DNA of 60,353 nt from Gaiellales bacterium (GCA_035473255.1 DATIOK010000209.1:1-60353); one strand, 5' to 3'. Numbered from the stretch's first letter, positions 44,991 to 53,910 are shown. Translations and numbers: made by a program. The notes: a model not told the origin generated them from the sequence alone.

Positions 44991-46103
44991 TAGCAGCGCG
45001 CCGGCGCGGAGCCTCTCGACGCACTCGCCCACGGCGGCCGCGAACGCGTCCACCTCCGCCTCGGTGGTGTCGATGCCGATCGAGACGCGGATCACGCTGC
45101 GCGCCTGATCCGGCGTCAAGCCCTGCGCCAGCAGCACGTGGCTGGGCTCGCTGTCACCGCTCGCGCAGGCGCTGCCCGCGGCGACGGCGAAGCCCGCCTG
45201 GTCGAGCGACAGCACCAGCAGGTCGGAACGGATGCCGTCGGCCAGCAGCAACGAGTGGCCGGGCAGGCGGTCGACCTCCGCAGAGACCGGGGTAAGACCC
45301 CCGCCGACCCGCTGTTCGAGCCGGTCGCGGAGCGCGCGTCGGTGATCGCTGCGGCCGCGCGCGGCCGCCAACGCGGCCGCGAACCCGACCACGCCGGCCA
45401 CGTTCTCGGTGCCACTGCGTGAGCCCCCCTCCTGGCCGCCGCCCCAGATCAGCGGCCGCAGGCGCGTGGGGTCGCGTGCGATCAGCGCGCCCACGCCCTT
45501 TGGGCCGTGCATCTTGTGCGCCGCCAGCGCCATCGTCTCGGCGCCGGAGGCCGCGAAGTCCACCGGCAGCGACGCCGCCGCCTGCACCGCATCGGTGTGC
45601 AGCGGCACGCCCCGCTGGGCGCAGATCGCGACCAGCTCCGCGACCGGCTGCACGACGCCGGTGACGTTGTTCGCCCACATCACCGCCGCCATCCGGTCAC
45701 CCGGCCGCACCGCCCGGTCGAACGCGTCTACGTCGATCACACCCGACGGATCGACCCCCACCCAGGCCACCTCGAAGCCCTGTCGTTCCAGCTCCCGGAC
45801 AGGCTCCCTGACGGCGGGATGCTCGATCGCGCTCACGACGATCCGCCCCAGCGGGCGGCCGGTGAGGCCGAACACGGCCTGGTTGTCGGCCTCGCTGCCG
45901 CCGGAGGTGAACACCACCTGCGCCGGCGCGCAGCCCAGCAGCGAGGCGATGGTGGTGCGGGCAGCCTGCAGCCCCTCGCGGGCGGCGCGACCGGCCGCGT
46001 GCGGCTCGGAGGCGTTGCCGAACCGCTCGGTCAGGTACGGCTCCATCGCGGCGCGCGCCTCGTCGCAGAGCGGAGAGGTGGCCGCGTGGTCGAGATAGAT
46101 CAT
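44988..46103 (-). CDS. iscS: Cysteine desulfurase, group I (IscS/NifS)
   Basis: ATG 46103 chosen (TAAGGT 7 nt upstream). IYLDHAATSP, FTSGGSEADN, IEHPAV, HTDAVQA, AHKMHGPKGVG (PLP Lys), RSGTENV, AAGSACASG (catalytic Cys). Confidence 0.95.
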   Translation of the reverse strand: MIYLDHAATSPLCDEARAAMEPYLTERFGNASEPHAAGRAAREGLQAARTTIASLLGCAPAQVVFTSGGSEADNQAVFGLTGRPLGRIVVSAIEHPAVREPVRELERQGFEVAWVGVDPSGVIDVDAFDRAVRPGDRMAAVMWANNVTGVVQPVAELVAICAQRGVPLHTDAVQAAASLPVDFAASGAETMALAAHKMHGPKGVGALIARDPTRLRPLIWGGGQEGGSRSGTENVAGVVGFAAALAAARGRSDHRRALRDRLEQRVGGGLTPVSAEVDRLPGHSLLLADGIRSDLLVLSLDQAGFAVAAGSACASGDSEPSHVLLAQGLTPDQARSVIRVSIGIDTTEAEVDAFAAAVGECVERLRAGALL

Positions 46104-46292
46104 GGCGGACACCTTATCGGCGCGTGCCGACGCCTGAGGCTTCGCGGGCGGCCACTTTCTGGATGCTTCGACCGCTCCGACCTCTGCCCCTGCGCTTGAA
46201 GAGTCGCACGACGGTTATGGAACTGAAGTGCGCGTGACGAAATGACGCCGGCACTCACACGGTAGCGAAGCTGGCAGAATCCGCAAATCGGG

Positions 46293-46658
46293 ATGCGTTG
46301 GCTGATCGGATGCGTGGCCGCGGTGGCACTGCTGTCGGTGCTGCAGCTGGCGCCCGGCAGCCGTCCGCCGCCGCAGCACCTGGCCGAGCTGGTGCCGTGG
46401 CGGCCGACGCTGGCGATGCGCTTCTCGGGTCAGATGGCGGCGATGCACGAGCCGCTGAACAGCGCCAGCGACTGGAACGGCTACGTCACCATGACCCTGG
46501 CCGGGCTCGGCGTCAGCGACCCAGCGCGGCTGCACGCGGTCACCCGTCGCGCAGCCCGGCGGGTCGCAAACCACTGCCGCTGTCGCGTGCGCGGCTACGA
46601 GGTGCGCGCCCGCATCCCCGGACGGGGGCTGATGGTGGTCGTGTCCAGCTCGGACTGA
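46293..46658 (+). CDS. Hypothetical protein with an N-terminal signal/anchor
   Basis: ATG start, MRWLIGCVAAVALLSVLQL hydrophobic leader; fills the gap convergent to the MMPL gene; no recognised domain. Confidence 0.5.
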   Translation: MRWLIGCVAAVALLSVLQLAPGSRPPPQHLAELVPWRPTLAMRFSGQMAAMHEPLNSASDWNGYVTMTLAGLGVSDPARLHAVTRRAARRVANHCRCRVRGYEVRARIPGRGLMVVVSSSD

Positions 46659-46666
46659 CCGGCCGG

Positions 46667-48955
46667 CTAACCCGCCCCGACCTCGACCGGCTCCCGCTCG
46701 ATGACCGGAACCTCCCGCTCGCCCGGAGACTCGATCGTGACGTTCGGCAGGATCCGGTCCAACCAGCCCGGCATCGCCCAGGAGCGCTCTCCCAGCACCG
46801 TCAGCAGCGCCGGCACCAGCGTCATCCGCATCAGCAGCGCGTCGGTGAGGATGGCGATGCCAAGCAGCAGGCCGAACTCCTTCGAGACCCTGTCGGGGCT
46901 GAGCAGGAACGAGAAGAACACGCTGGACATGATCAGCGCGGCGGCCACGATCACGCGGCCGACGCCGGATATGCCGTCCTTTACGGCGGCGACCGTATCG
47001 CTGCCGTGCACGTGCTCCTCGCGGATCCGGCTCATCAGGAACACCTCGTAGTCCATCGACAGGCCGAACAGGATGGCGAAGGCGATCGGCGGCACGAAGC
47101 TCTCGATCGGGCCGGTGCGGTCAAGCCCGATGATGCCCATGCCGTGGCCGAGTTGCACGACCAGCGTCAGGATGCCGAACCCGACCAGCGCCGACATCAG
47201 CGTCGTCAGCGCCGCCTTGATCGCGATCACCACCGACCGGAAGGCCATCGCCAGCACCAGGAAGGTGACGCCGATGATGTAGAGCAGGAACCACGGCGTG
47301 CGGCTGAGGATCTGGTTGCCGATGTCGGTGAAGGCGGCATTCTCGCCGGACACGTAGGCACGTGCCTGCGATCCAGCCAGCGCCGCGGGGATGGTGGTGC
47401 CGCGGAAGGTCGAGACGATGTCGTCGGTCTTCGCGTCCTGCGGCTTGTACTTCGAGTAGGTGTTGATGATCGCGACCGATGCCTGCTCCGGCGTCTTGGC
47501 GTTGTAGATCGGCTTGTTGACCTGCGCGACGCCGGGCACCTTCTCCAGCGCCGCTGCGATCTTCTCGGGCGACTGGTGGTCACCACGCATGTCCACCACC
47601 ACCGGGATCGGCGACGTGAAGCCGGGGCCGAAGCCCTCGGACAGCAGGTCATAGGCCTTGCGGGTGGTCTGGTCCTTGGGCGCCGTGCCGGCGTCGGCCA
47701 GGCCCAGGCGCACGGCCAGCACCGGCGAGGCGAGCAGGCACAGCACCACGATCACGACCGGCAGCACGATCTTCGCATTCCGTGAGACGAACCGGCCCCA
47801 GGCGGCCACCCACGTGCGCGACTGGCCCTCACGGGACTCGTCGATCGGCTTCATGCCCAGGCGCCCGCGATCGATCTTGTGGCCGAGCAGCGACAGCACC
47901 GCCGGCAGCAGCGAGTTGGCGAGCAGCACCGCGGTCAGCACGCCCAGCGCGCTGCCGATGCCGAGCTTGGTGATGAAGTCGATGCCGATCACGGCCAGGC
48001 CGGTGATCGAGATGGCGACGGTCACGCCGGCGAAGATCACGGCCCGCGCGGCGGTGGCGCCCGCAGCGGCGGCAGCCTCGTGCGGCGTCAGCCCGTCGTG
48101 CAGCAGCTGCCGGAATCTGGTCACGATGAACAGCGTGTAGTCGATCCCGACACCGAGGCCGATCATCGGCACCAGGATCTCGGTGATCGTGTTGAAGTGC
48201 CAGACGGCGGCGGCCAGGTACAGCAGCAGGAAGGCCGTGATCACGGCCGTGATCGCAAACAGCAGCGGGATCACCGTCGGCACCAGCGCCCGGAACAGGA
48301 CGATCAGGATGATGAACGCGGCGACCAGGCCGATGATGTCGCTCAGACCCTGGGTCGGCGGCGCGCTCTCGGCATCGCCGGTGAACTCGACCTGCAGGCC
48401 GGCCGGCGCGCCGATGGCACGCAGCTGGTTCTCGAGATCGACGACTCCCGAGCGCGGCAGCTCGAACCCGGTGCGATCGAACTGCACGTCGAAGTACGCG
48501 ATCCGCCCGTCCTTGGCCAGCTGGTGCGCGCCCGCCGGCACGAGCGGGCTGGTGATGGCGCTGACGTCGGACTTGACGGTGTCCAGCGAGGTCTCGGACC
48601 GCTTGCTGGCGGCCAGCATCCTGGCGATTGCCGCCTGGGCCTCGGCCGAGTTCAGGTTCTGGCCCTGCGGGGCGGCCACCACCACCCGCAGCGCCGATCC
48701 CTTCTGGCCGCCGAACTTGGCGTTGATCAGGTCGGTGGCCTTCTGAACGTCCGATCCGGGGATGTTGAAGTCGTTGACGAGCGTGCCGTGGAACGCGACG
48801 TTCAGCACGATCAGCGAGACGAAGATGACCAGCCAGCTGCCGATCACGCGCCACGGGTGCCGGGCACAGCGCCCGGCCCAGCGCGCGAGCGCGCCCGAGT
48901 ACGCGATCCGCTGCTCCTCGCTGATCCGTGTCCCGTTCGCTGACTCGTCTGTCAT
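46667..48955 (-). CDS. MMPL-family (RND superfamily) transporter
   Basis: GGAGG RBS; two repeats of TM + loop + 5 TM; IGLGVGIDYTLFIVTRFR, AVIFAGVTV, AYDLLSEGFGPG, ILFGLSMDYEVFLMSRIREE, RMTLVPALL. Confidence 0.95.
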   Translation of the reverse strand: MTDESANGTRISEEQRIAYSGALARWAGRCARHPWRVIGSWLVIFVSLIVLNVAFHGTLVNDFNIPGSDVQKATDLINAKFGGQKGSALRVVVAAPQGQNLNSAEAQAAIARMLAASKRSETSLDTVKSDVSAITSPLVPAGAHQLAKDGRIAYFDVQFDRTGFELPRSGVVDLENQLRAIGAPAGLQVEFTGDAESAPPTQGLSDIIGLVAAFIILIVLFRALVPTVIPLLFAITAVITAFLLLYLAAAVWHFNTITEILVPMIGLGVGIDYTLFIVTRFRQLLHDGLTPHEAAAAAGATAARAVIFAGVTVAISITGLAVIGIDFITKLGIGSALGVLTAVLLANSLLPAVLSLLGHKIDRGRLGMKPIDESREGQSRTWVAAWGRFVSRNAKIVLPVVIVVLCLLASPVLAVRLGLADAGTAPKDQTTRKAYDLLSEGFGPGFTSPIPVVVDMRGDHQSPEKIAAALEKVPGVAQVNKPIYNAKTPEQASVAIINTYSKYKPQDAKTDDIVSTFRGTTIPAALAGSQARAYVSGENAAFTDIGNQILSRTPWFLLYIIGVTFLVLAMAFRSVVIAIKAALTTLMSALVGFGILTLVVQLGHGMGIIGLDRTGPIESFVPPIAFAILFGLSMDYEVFLMSRIREEHVHGSDTVAAVKDGISGVGRVIVAAALIMSSVFFSFLLSPDRVSKEFGLLLGIAILTDALLMRMTLVPALLTVLGERSWAMPGWLDRILPNVTIESPGEREVPVIEREPVEVGAG

Positions 48956-48966
48956 CCCGCGGCCTC

Positions 48967-48984
48967 CATCAACATCGGTTGGTG
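48967..48984. promoter_or_regulatory. Candidate repressor operator over the MMPL transcription start
   Basis: CATCAAC-ATCG-GTTGGTG (1 mismatch) between a TACGGT -10 (48989-48994, minus strand) and the RBS. Confidence 0.4.
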
Positions 48985-49037
48985 TCGCACCGTAGCAGAG
49001 GTTCCGGGGCGTGCCTTCTCCAAATCTGCTCAGTCGT

Positions 49038-50798
49038 TCAGGCGGGTGGATTTGCCAGCCGCAGACCCATTTCGGCCAGCGCGGCCGGGCTCGCGGGGCT
49101 CGGCGAACCGGTCAGCGGATCGACCCCGCCCTGAGCCTTCGGGAACGCGATCACCTCGCGCAGCGAGTCGACCCCGGCCACCAGCATCGCCAGGCGGTCG
49201 AGCCCAAACGCGATGCCTCCATGGGGCGGGGCCCCCATCGCCAGTGCCCGCAGCAGGAACGAGAAGTTCTGCTCCGCCCGCTCGGCCGAGATGCCGAGCA
49301 ACTCGAACACCTTGCTCTGCGTCTCCGGGCGGTGGTTGCGGATCGAGCCGCCGCCGATCTCGTTGCCGTTCAGCACCAGGTCGTATTGGTGGGAACGGGC
49401 CGCGGCGGGATCCTCCCAGAAACGCTCCGAGCCCGGCGCCGGCGCCGAGAAGGGGTTGTGGGAGGCCTTCCAGCGGCCCTCGTCGGGCAGCCACTCGAAC
49501 ATCGGGAACCCGGTCACCCACACGAACTGCCAGCCGTCGGAGATCAGGCCCAGGCGTTCGCCCAGGTGCAGGCGCAGCGGCCCCAGCACCCGCACCGCCG
49601 CCTCCTCCGCGTCGGCCACCAGGAAGATGGTGTCGCCTTCGGCGGCGCCGCAGCGCTCGACGATCGCTGCCAGCTCGTCCGGCGAGAGGAACTTCGCGAT
49701 CGGGGAGCGAATCTCACCACCGGCCTGCAGCTGCAACCAGGCGACGCCCTTGCCGCCCCAGCCCTTGGCGAACTCGACCAGGTCGTCAAAGTCCTTGCGC
49801 GAGAACTCCATGGCGCCGGGCACGGCCAGGCCGCGGACGACCCCGCCGCCGTCCACCACGCCCCGGAAGGCCTTGAACTCGGTGCCGGCCAGCAGGTCGG
49901 TCACATCCGAGATCTCGGCACCGAACCGCAGGTCGGGCTTGTCGGAGCCGTAGCGGAGGGTGGCCTCGTCCCAGGTCATGCGGCGAAACGGCGCGTCCAC
50001 CTCCGCGCCCAGCAGCTCGCCCCAGACGCGCACGAACAGGGTCTCCATCAGGCCGAACAGCTCCTCAGGGTCGAGGAACGCCATCTCGACGTCGAGCTGC
50101 GTGAACTCCTGGGTGCGATCGGAGCGCGTGGCCTCGTCCCTGAAGCAGCGTGCGATCTGGTAGTAGCGCTCGTAGCCGGCGATGGCGTACAGCTGCTTGA
50201 ACGTCTGGGGCGACTGCGGCAGCGCGTAGAACTGCCCGGGGCGGCTCGAGGTCGGCACCAGGAACTCCTTGGCTCCCTCTGGCGTGGACTTGTAGAGGAT
50301 CGGCGTCTCCAGCTCCCAGAACTCGTTGTCCTCCATGTGCCGGCGGATGATCTGGGTGAGCCGGAAGCGCGTCCACAGGTTGTGGCGCATCGCGTCGCGG
50401 CGCAGGTCGAGGTAGCGATGGTGCAGCCGCAGCGTCTCGTCCACGTTCTCCTCGTCGAGCTGAAACGGCAGCACCGACGCCGCCGACAGCACCTCCAGCC
50501 GGTCGACGCGGATCTCGACCTCGCCGGTGGGCAGCTTCGGGTTGACGGTCTCGGCCGACCGCGGGGTGACCACGCCCTCGGCCTGCACGACGTACTCGTT
50601 GCGGAGATCGTGCGCGGCGGCATGGGCCTGGCCCTGGTCGGGGTCGAGCACCAGCTGCACGATGCCGGCGCGGTCGCGCAGGTCGACGAACACCAGGCCG
50701 CCATGGTCGCGGCGGCGGGCCACCCAGCCGGCCACCGTCACCCGCGTGCCGGCATCGCCGGCACGCAGCTCGCCGCCCAGTCGCGTTCTAAAACCCAC
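49038..50798 (-). CDS. aspS: Aspartate--tRNA ligase (probably non-discriminating Asp/Asn)
   Basis: GTG 50798 after AAGGAG; GWVARRRDHGGLVFVDLRD, LRLHHRYLDLRR, YALPQSPQTFKQL, YYQIARCFRDE, EFTQLDVE, PPHGGIAFGLDR. Confidence 0.97.
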   Translation of the reverse strand: MGFRTRLGGELRAGDAGTRVTVAGWVARRRDHGGLVFVDLRDRAGIVQLVLDPDQGQAHAAAHDLRNEYVVQAEGVVTPRSAETVNPKLPTGEVEIRVDRLEVLSAASVLPFQLDEENVDETLRLHHRYLDLRRDAMRHNLWTRFRLTQIIRRHMEDNEFWELETPILYKSTPEGAKEFLVPTSSRPGQFYALPQSPQTFKQLYAIAGYERYYQIARCFRDEATRSDRTQEFTQLDVEMAFLDPEELFGLMETLFVRVWGELLGAEVDAPFRRMTWDEATLRYGSDKPDLRFGAEISDVTDLLAGTEFKAFRGVVDGGGVVRGLAVPGAMEFSRKDFDDLVEFAKGWGGKGVAWLQLQAGGEIRSPIAKFLSPDELAAIVERCGAAEGDTIFLVADAEEAAVRVLGPLRLHLGERLGLISDGWQFVWVTGFPMFEWLPDEGRWKASHNPFSAPAPGSERFWEDPAAARSHQYDLVLNGNEIGGGSIRNHRPETQSKVFELLGISAERAEQNFSFLLRALAMGAPPHGGIAFGLDRLAMLVAGVDSLREVIAFPKAQGGVDPLTGSPSPASPAALAEMGLRLANPPA

Positions 50799-52032
50799 CC
50801 GCAAGCTCCTTCACGAGCTCGTCCAGCGCCACGCTTCGCTGCTCGCCCGAGGTCATATCACGCACCGTCGCCTGCTCATGCTCCCACTCGTCGTCGCCGA
50901 CGATCACGACCCGCGTGTCGCCTCGCTTGGCGGCCAGCTCCAGCATCCGCTTCAGCCGGCGGGAGCCGTAGGCGGCGTCCGCCGTCACACCCGCGGCACG
51001 GGCCTCGTCCATCAGCGCGAACAGACGCGGGCGCGCCTGCTCGGCGATCACCGCGAACAGCACGCTGCCGCCGGCCACGGGGGGCTGGGGTCGCACCACC
51101 TCGAGCAACCGCTCGAGCCCGGCGCCGAACCCGACCCCGGGCGTGGGCGGCCCGCCGATCTGCTCGGCCAGGCCGTCGTAGCGGCCGCCGCCCGAGATCG
51201 ACGTGGCCAGGCCGGCGGCGCTCCACTCCCAGGCGGTACGCGTGTAGTAGTCGAGGCCACGCACCAGCGTCGGCACCAGCTCGTAGTCCACCCCGCGGGC
51301 GTCGAGGTGGCGGCGCACCTCGGCGAAGTGGGCGGCGCAGTCATCGCAGAGGTGGTCGGTGATGCGCGGGGCGGCCGCCAGCACGGCCTGGCAGGAGGGG
51401 TTCTTGCAGTCCAGCACGCGCAGCGGGTTGGTCTTGCGCCGCTCCAGGCACTCGTCGTCGAGCTCGTCGATGTGGGCGTCGATGAACTCCTCGAGCAGCG
51501 CCACGTAGACGGGGCGGCAGGTGGCGTCGCCGATCGAGTTCAGCTCCAGGCGCAGCTCCGGTACGCCGCACAGCCGGTACCAGCGGTGCTGCAGCGCGAT
51601 CACCTCCGCGTCGACCGCCGCGTCGGGCGAGCCGACCACCTCGACGCCGAACTGGTAGTGCTCGCGGGCGCGGCCACGCTGCACGGCGTTGTAGCGGAAG
51701 TGGCTCTGGCAGTACCAGACCTTGACCGGCTGCGGCAGGCGGGACATGCCGTCGAGGTAGGCGCGCATCACCGGCGCGGTGCTCTCCGGACGAAGCGTCA
51801 GCGAGCGGCCGCTGCGGTCCTCGAACGTGTACATCTCCTTGCTGACGACGTCGGAGGTCTCGCCGGAGGAGCGGGCGAATAGCTCGGTGTCCTCGAACCC
51901 GGGCGTCACCACCTCGCCGTAGCCGGCAGGCTCGAACACCGAGCGCGCCAGGTCGATCACGTGCCGCCGAACGGCGGCGTCGTCACCGAACCAGTCGCGG
52001 GTGCCGCGTGGCGGCTGGAAGCGCTCGCTCAC
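50788..52032 (-). CDS. hisS: Histidine--tRNA ligase
   Basis: PPRGTRD, SDVVSKEMYTFED, TLRPEST, HFRY..VQRGRAREHYQFGVE, LVRGLDYYT, GGGRYDGL, GFGAGLER. Confidence 0.97.
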   Translation of the reverse strand: MSERFQPPRGTRDWFGDDAAVRRHVIDLARSVFEPAGYGEVVTPGFEDTELFARSSGETSDVVSKEMYTFEDRSGRSLTLRPESTAPVMRAYLDGMSRLPQPVKVWYCQSHFRYNAVQRGRAREHYQFGVEVVGSPDAAVDAEVIALQHRWYRLCGVPELRLELNSIGDATCRPVYVALLEEFIDAHIDELDDECLERRKTNPLRVLDCKNPSCQAVLAAAPRITDHLCDDCAAHFAEVRRHLDARGVDYELVPTLVRGLDYYTRTAWEWSAAGLATSISGGGRYDGLAEQIGGPPTPGVGFGAGLERLLEVVRPQPPVAGGSVLFAVIAEQARPRLFALMDEARAAGVTADAAYGSRRLKRMLELAAKRGDTRVVIVGDDEWEHEQATVRDMTSGEQRSVALDELVKELAGGF

Positions 52033-52634
52033 CGCAGCGGCTCGAGGAACGGGTTCGACGCGAGCTCTCGCTCGAGGGTTGTTGCCGGGCCGTGCCCGGG
52101 GGCGACGACGGTCTCCGGCGGCAGCTCCCGCATCAGCAGCGCGATGCTCTCGATCAGCGTGTCGAGGTCGCCGCCGGCCAGGTCGGTGCGGCCGATCGAG
52201 CCGGCGAACAGCACGTCGCCTACAAAGGCGACGCCGTCGGTAGCAAACGCTACAGAGCCGGCCGTGTGGCCGGGCACATCGAACGTGCGAAAGTCGATGC
52301 CGGCGACGCTGACGGTGTCGCCGCCGCCCACCAGGTGCTCCGGGTCATACGGGGCCGGCTGGAAGCTGCGCAGGTCGTCCGCCTCGCCGCGCGCCATCCA
52401 CACCTCGACGCCGGTGGCGGCCGCCAGGTCACGGACGGCTCCGATGTGGTCGAGGTGCCCATGCGTGACCAGGATCGCGACCAGGGTGAGGCCGCGCTGC
52501 GCCAGCACGTCGATGATGCGACCGGCCTCGTCGCCGGGGTCGATGACCACGGCATCGGTCGAGCCCTGGGCGGTCACCACGAAGCAGTTGGTTTGGTAGG
52601 CGCCGAGGGGGAGGCTGACGACCTCGAGCGTCAC
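52029..52634 (-). CDS. MBL-fold metallo-hydrolase (glyoxalase II-like)
   Basis: GTG 52634 (GTGA overlap); QTNCF, IDPG, THGHLDHIG, PGHTAGS, GDVLF.GSIGRTDL, PGHGPATT. Confidence 0.92.
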   Translation of the reverse strand: MTLEVVSLPLGAYQTNCFVVTAQGSTDAVVIDPGDEAGRIIDVLAQRGLTLVAILVTHGHLDHIGAVRDLAAATGVEVWMARGEADDLRSFQPAPYDPEHLVGGGDTVSVAGIDFRTFDVPGHTAGSVAFATDGVAFVGDVLFAGSIGRTDLAGGDLDTLIESIALLMRELPPETVVAPGHGPATTLERELASNPFLEPLR

Positions 52635-52990
52635 CCCTGTTGCCGCTTCAACCAGCGGTTGTACATGAACGCGTCCATCAGGTAGCCGAACGGCACCAGG
52701 AACACGAAGAAGGATGCGGCCTGCACCGCCGAGGCGGCGAGGGTGTTCTTGGTGCCTCCCAGCGGCACGACCTGGGTGACCAGGAACAGGCCGCCGGCGA
52801 ACAGCGCACCCCGCTTGAGGGAGCGCATCCAGGTGGGCCTGGCGGGGACGCGGGCTCCGCGCGGAAGGCTCCGCTCCTGCTTGCGCTTGGGCGAATCGTC
52901 GCTGCCGGGCTGTGGCTCGTACCCCTCGTAGAGCCGGCCTCGACCCTGCGCTCGCTGGTACTTGCGTCGCTGCTGTTTCTTGGTCGCCAT
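52631..52990 (-). CDS. Hypothetical 2-TM protein with a basic N-terminus
   Basis: MATKKQQRRK..., two hydrophobic helices; TAGACT 8 nt upstream; stop coupled to the MBL gene. Confidence 0.75.
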   Translation of the reverse strand: MATKKQQRRKYQRAQGRGRLYEGYEPQPGSDDSPKRKQERSLPRGARVPARPTWMRSLKRGALFAGGLFLVTQVVPLGGTKNTLAASAVQAASFFVFLVPFGYLMDAFMYNRWLKRQQG

Positions 52991-53031
52991 GGTGGAGAAG
53001 TCTAGAGGGTCGCGGGCGATGGCCGGCGCCG

Positions 53032-53910
53032 CTACATGACGTCGAGCTGGGCGGCCAGGGCCGCCGCGTCGTCCTCGCGGCCCTCGCGCTCCGCGCGGGC
53101 GATCTCATCCAGCAGCCGGCGCGCCTCGTCACGCTTGGGGGAGTAGGCCAGCCGCTCCTGGAACACTCGCTGCGCGGTCGCGGACGTGGTCGCCGGTTTC
53201 GGATCGGCCGGGGGCTGCGGCGTCACCGGGACGGCGCGCGGCACCGGCGGCTGCGCGGGCTCCGGGTCGATCTCGGGCGCGGGTTGGTTCCGGTGCAGCG
53301 GCACCGGAGCAGGCGGTGTGGGCGGAGCGTTGGACAGCTCGACCAGGTCGGGGACGACTTCGCGGTCATGGTCGGACGGGCGATCGTCGGCGGCCTCCAT
53401 GGCCGCGGTGAGCGGTGCCCGCTCGCCCAGCCGGGTGCCGGCCAGCAACCAGGTCACGATCAGCGCCGCGGCAGTCGAGGCCTGCAGCAGCCACGTGAAG
53501 ATGCGCTGGTCGCGGGTGTACACCACCTCCAGCACGCCGCTGCCGATCGAGCCGCTGATCGCGACGATCGTGGATCCGATCACGACGGCGGCGGCCAGCA
53601 GCACGAATCCGACGGCCACGCCGCCGACCAACCGCGCCAGCTCCGGCGCGCGGCCCGCCAAGGTGGCGCCCCATGCCAGCGCCAGCCACAGCAGCACCAG
53701 GCCGAGCGTGAACCAGAGCGTGTGCTCGAGCCGGAAGCTCCAGAGGCCCAGCAGCAGCCGGTCGTTCCAGTGCATCGCCGACGACCCCGGGGTCTGCTTG
53801 GCCGCGGACACCAGCCCGTCGCCGGTCACGACCAGCCCGGCCGCCACCAGGCCCAGCGCGGCGGCGGCCAGCGCGTCGGCGAACGGTGCTGTGCGGGCGC
53901 GCTCGATCAC
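53032..53910 (-). CDS. Hypothetical ~4-TM membrane protein with a Pro-rich linker and C-terminal helical domain
   Basis: GTG 53910 overlaps the hutI TGA; four hydrophobic segments, then PPTPPAPVP..PAQPPVP, ending DEARRLLDEIARAEREGREDDAAALAAQLDVM. Confidence 0.72.
   Translation of the reverse strand: MIERARTAPFADALAAAALGLVAAGLVVTGDGLVSAAKQTPGSSAMHWNDRLLLGLWSFRLEHTLWFTLGLVLLWLALAWGATLAGRAPELARLVGGVAVGFVLLAAAVVIGSTIVAISGSIGSGVLEVVYTRDQRIFTWLLQASTAAALIVTWLLAGTRLGERAPLTAAMEAADDRPSDHDREVVPDLVELSNAPPTPPAPVPLHRNQPAPEIDPEPAQPPVPRAVPVTPQPPADPKPATTSATAQRVFQERLAYSPKRDEARRLLDEIARAEREGREDDAAALAAQLDVM

Noticed and set aside
46113-46292. Possible 6S RNA or c-di-GMP/c-di-AMP riboswitch
   Set aside because: I could not identify the closing stem, central bubble or conserved riboswitch motifs by eye; kept only as a low-interest finding.
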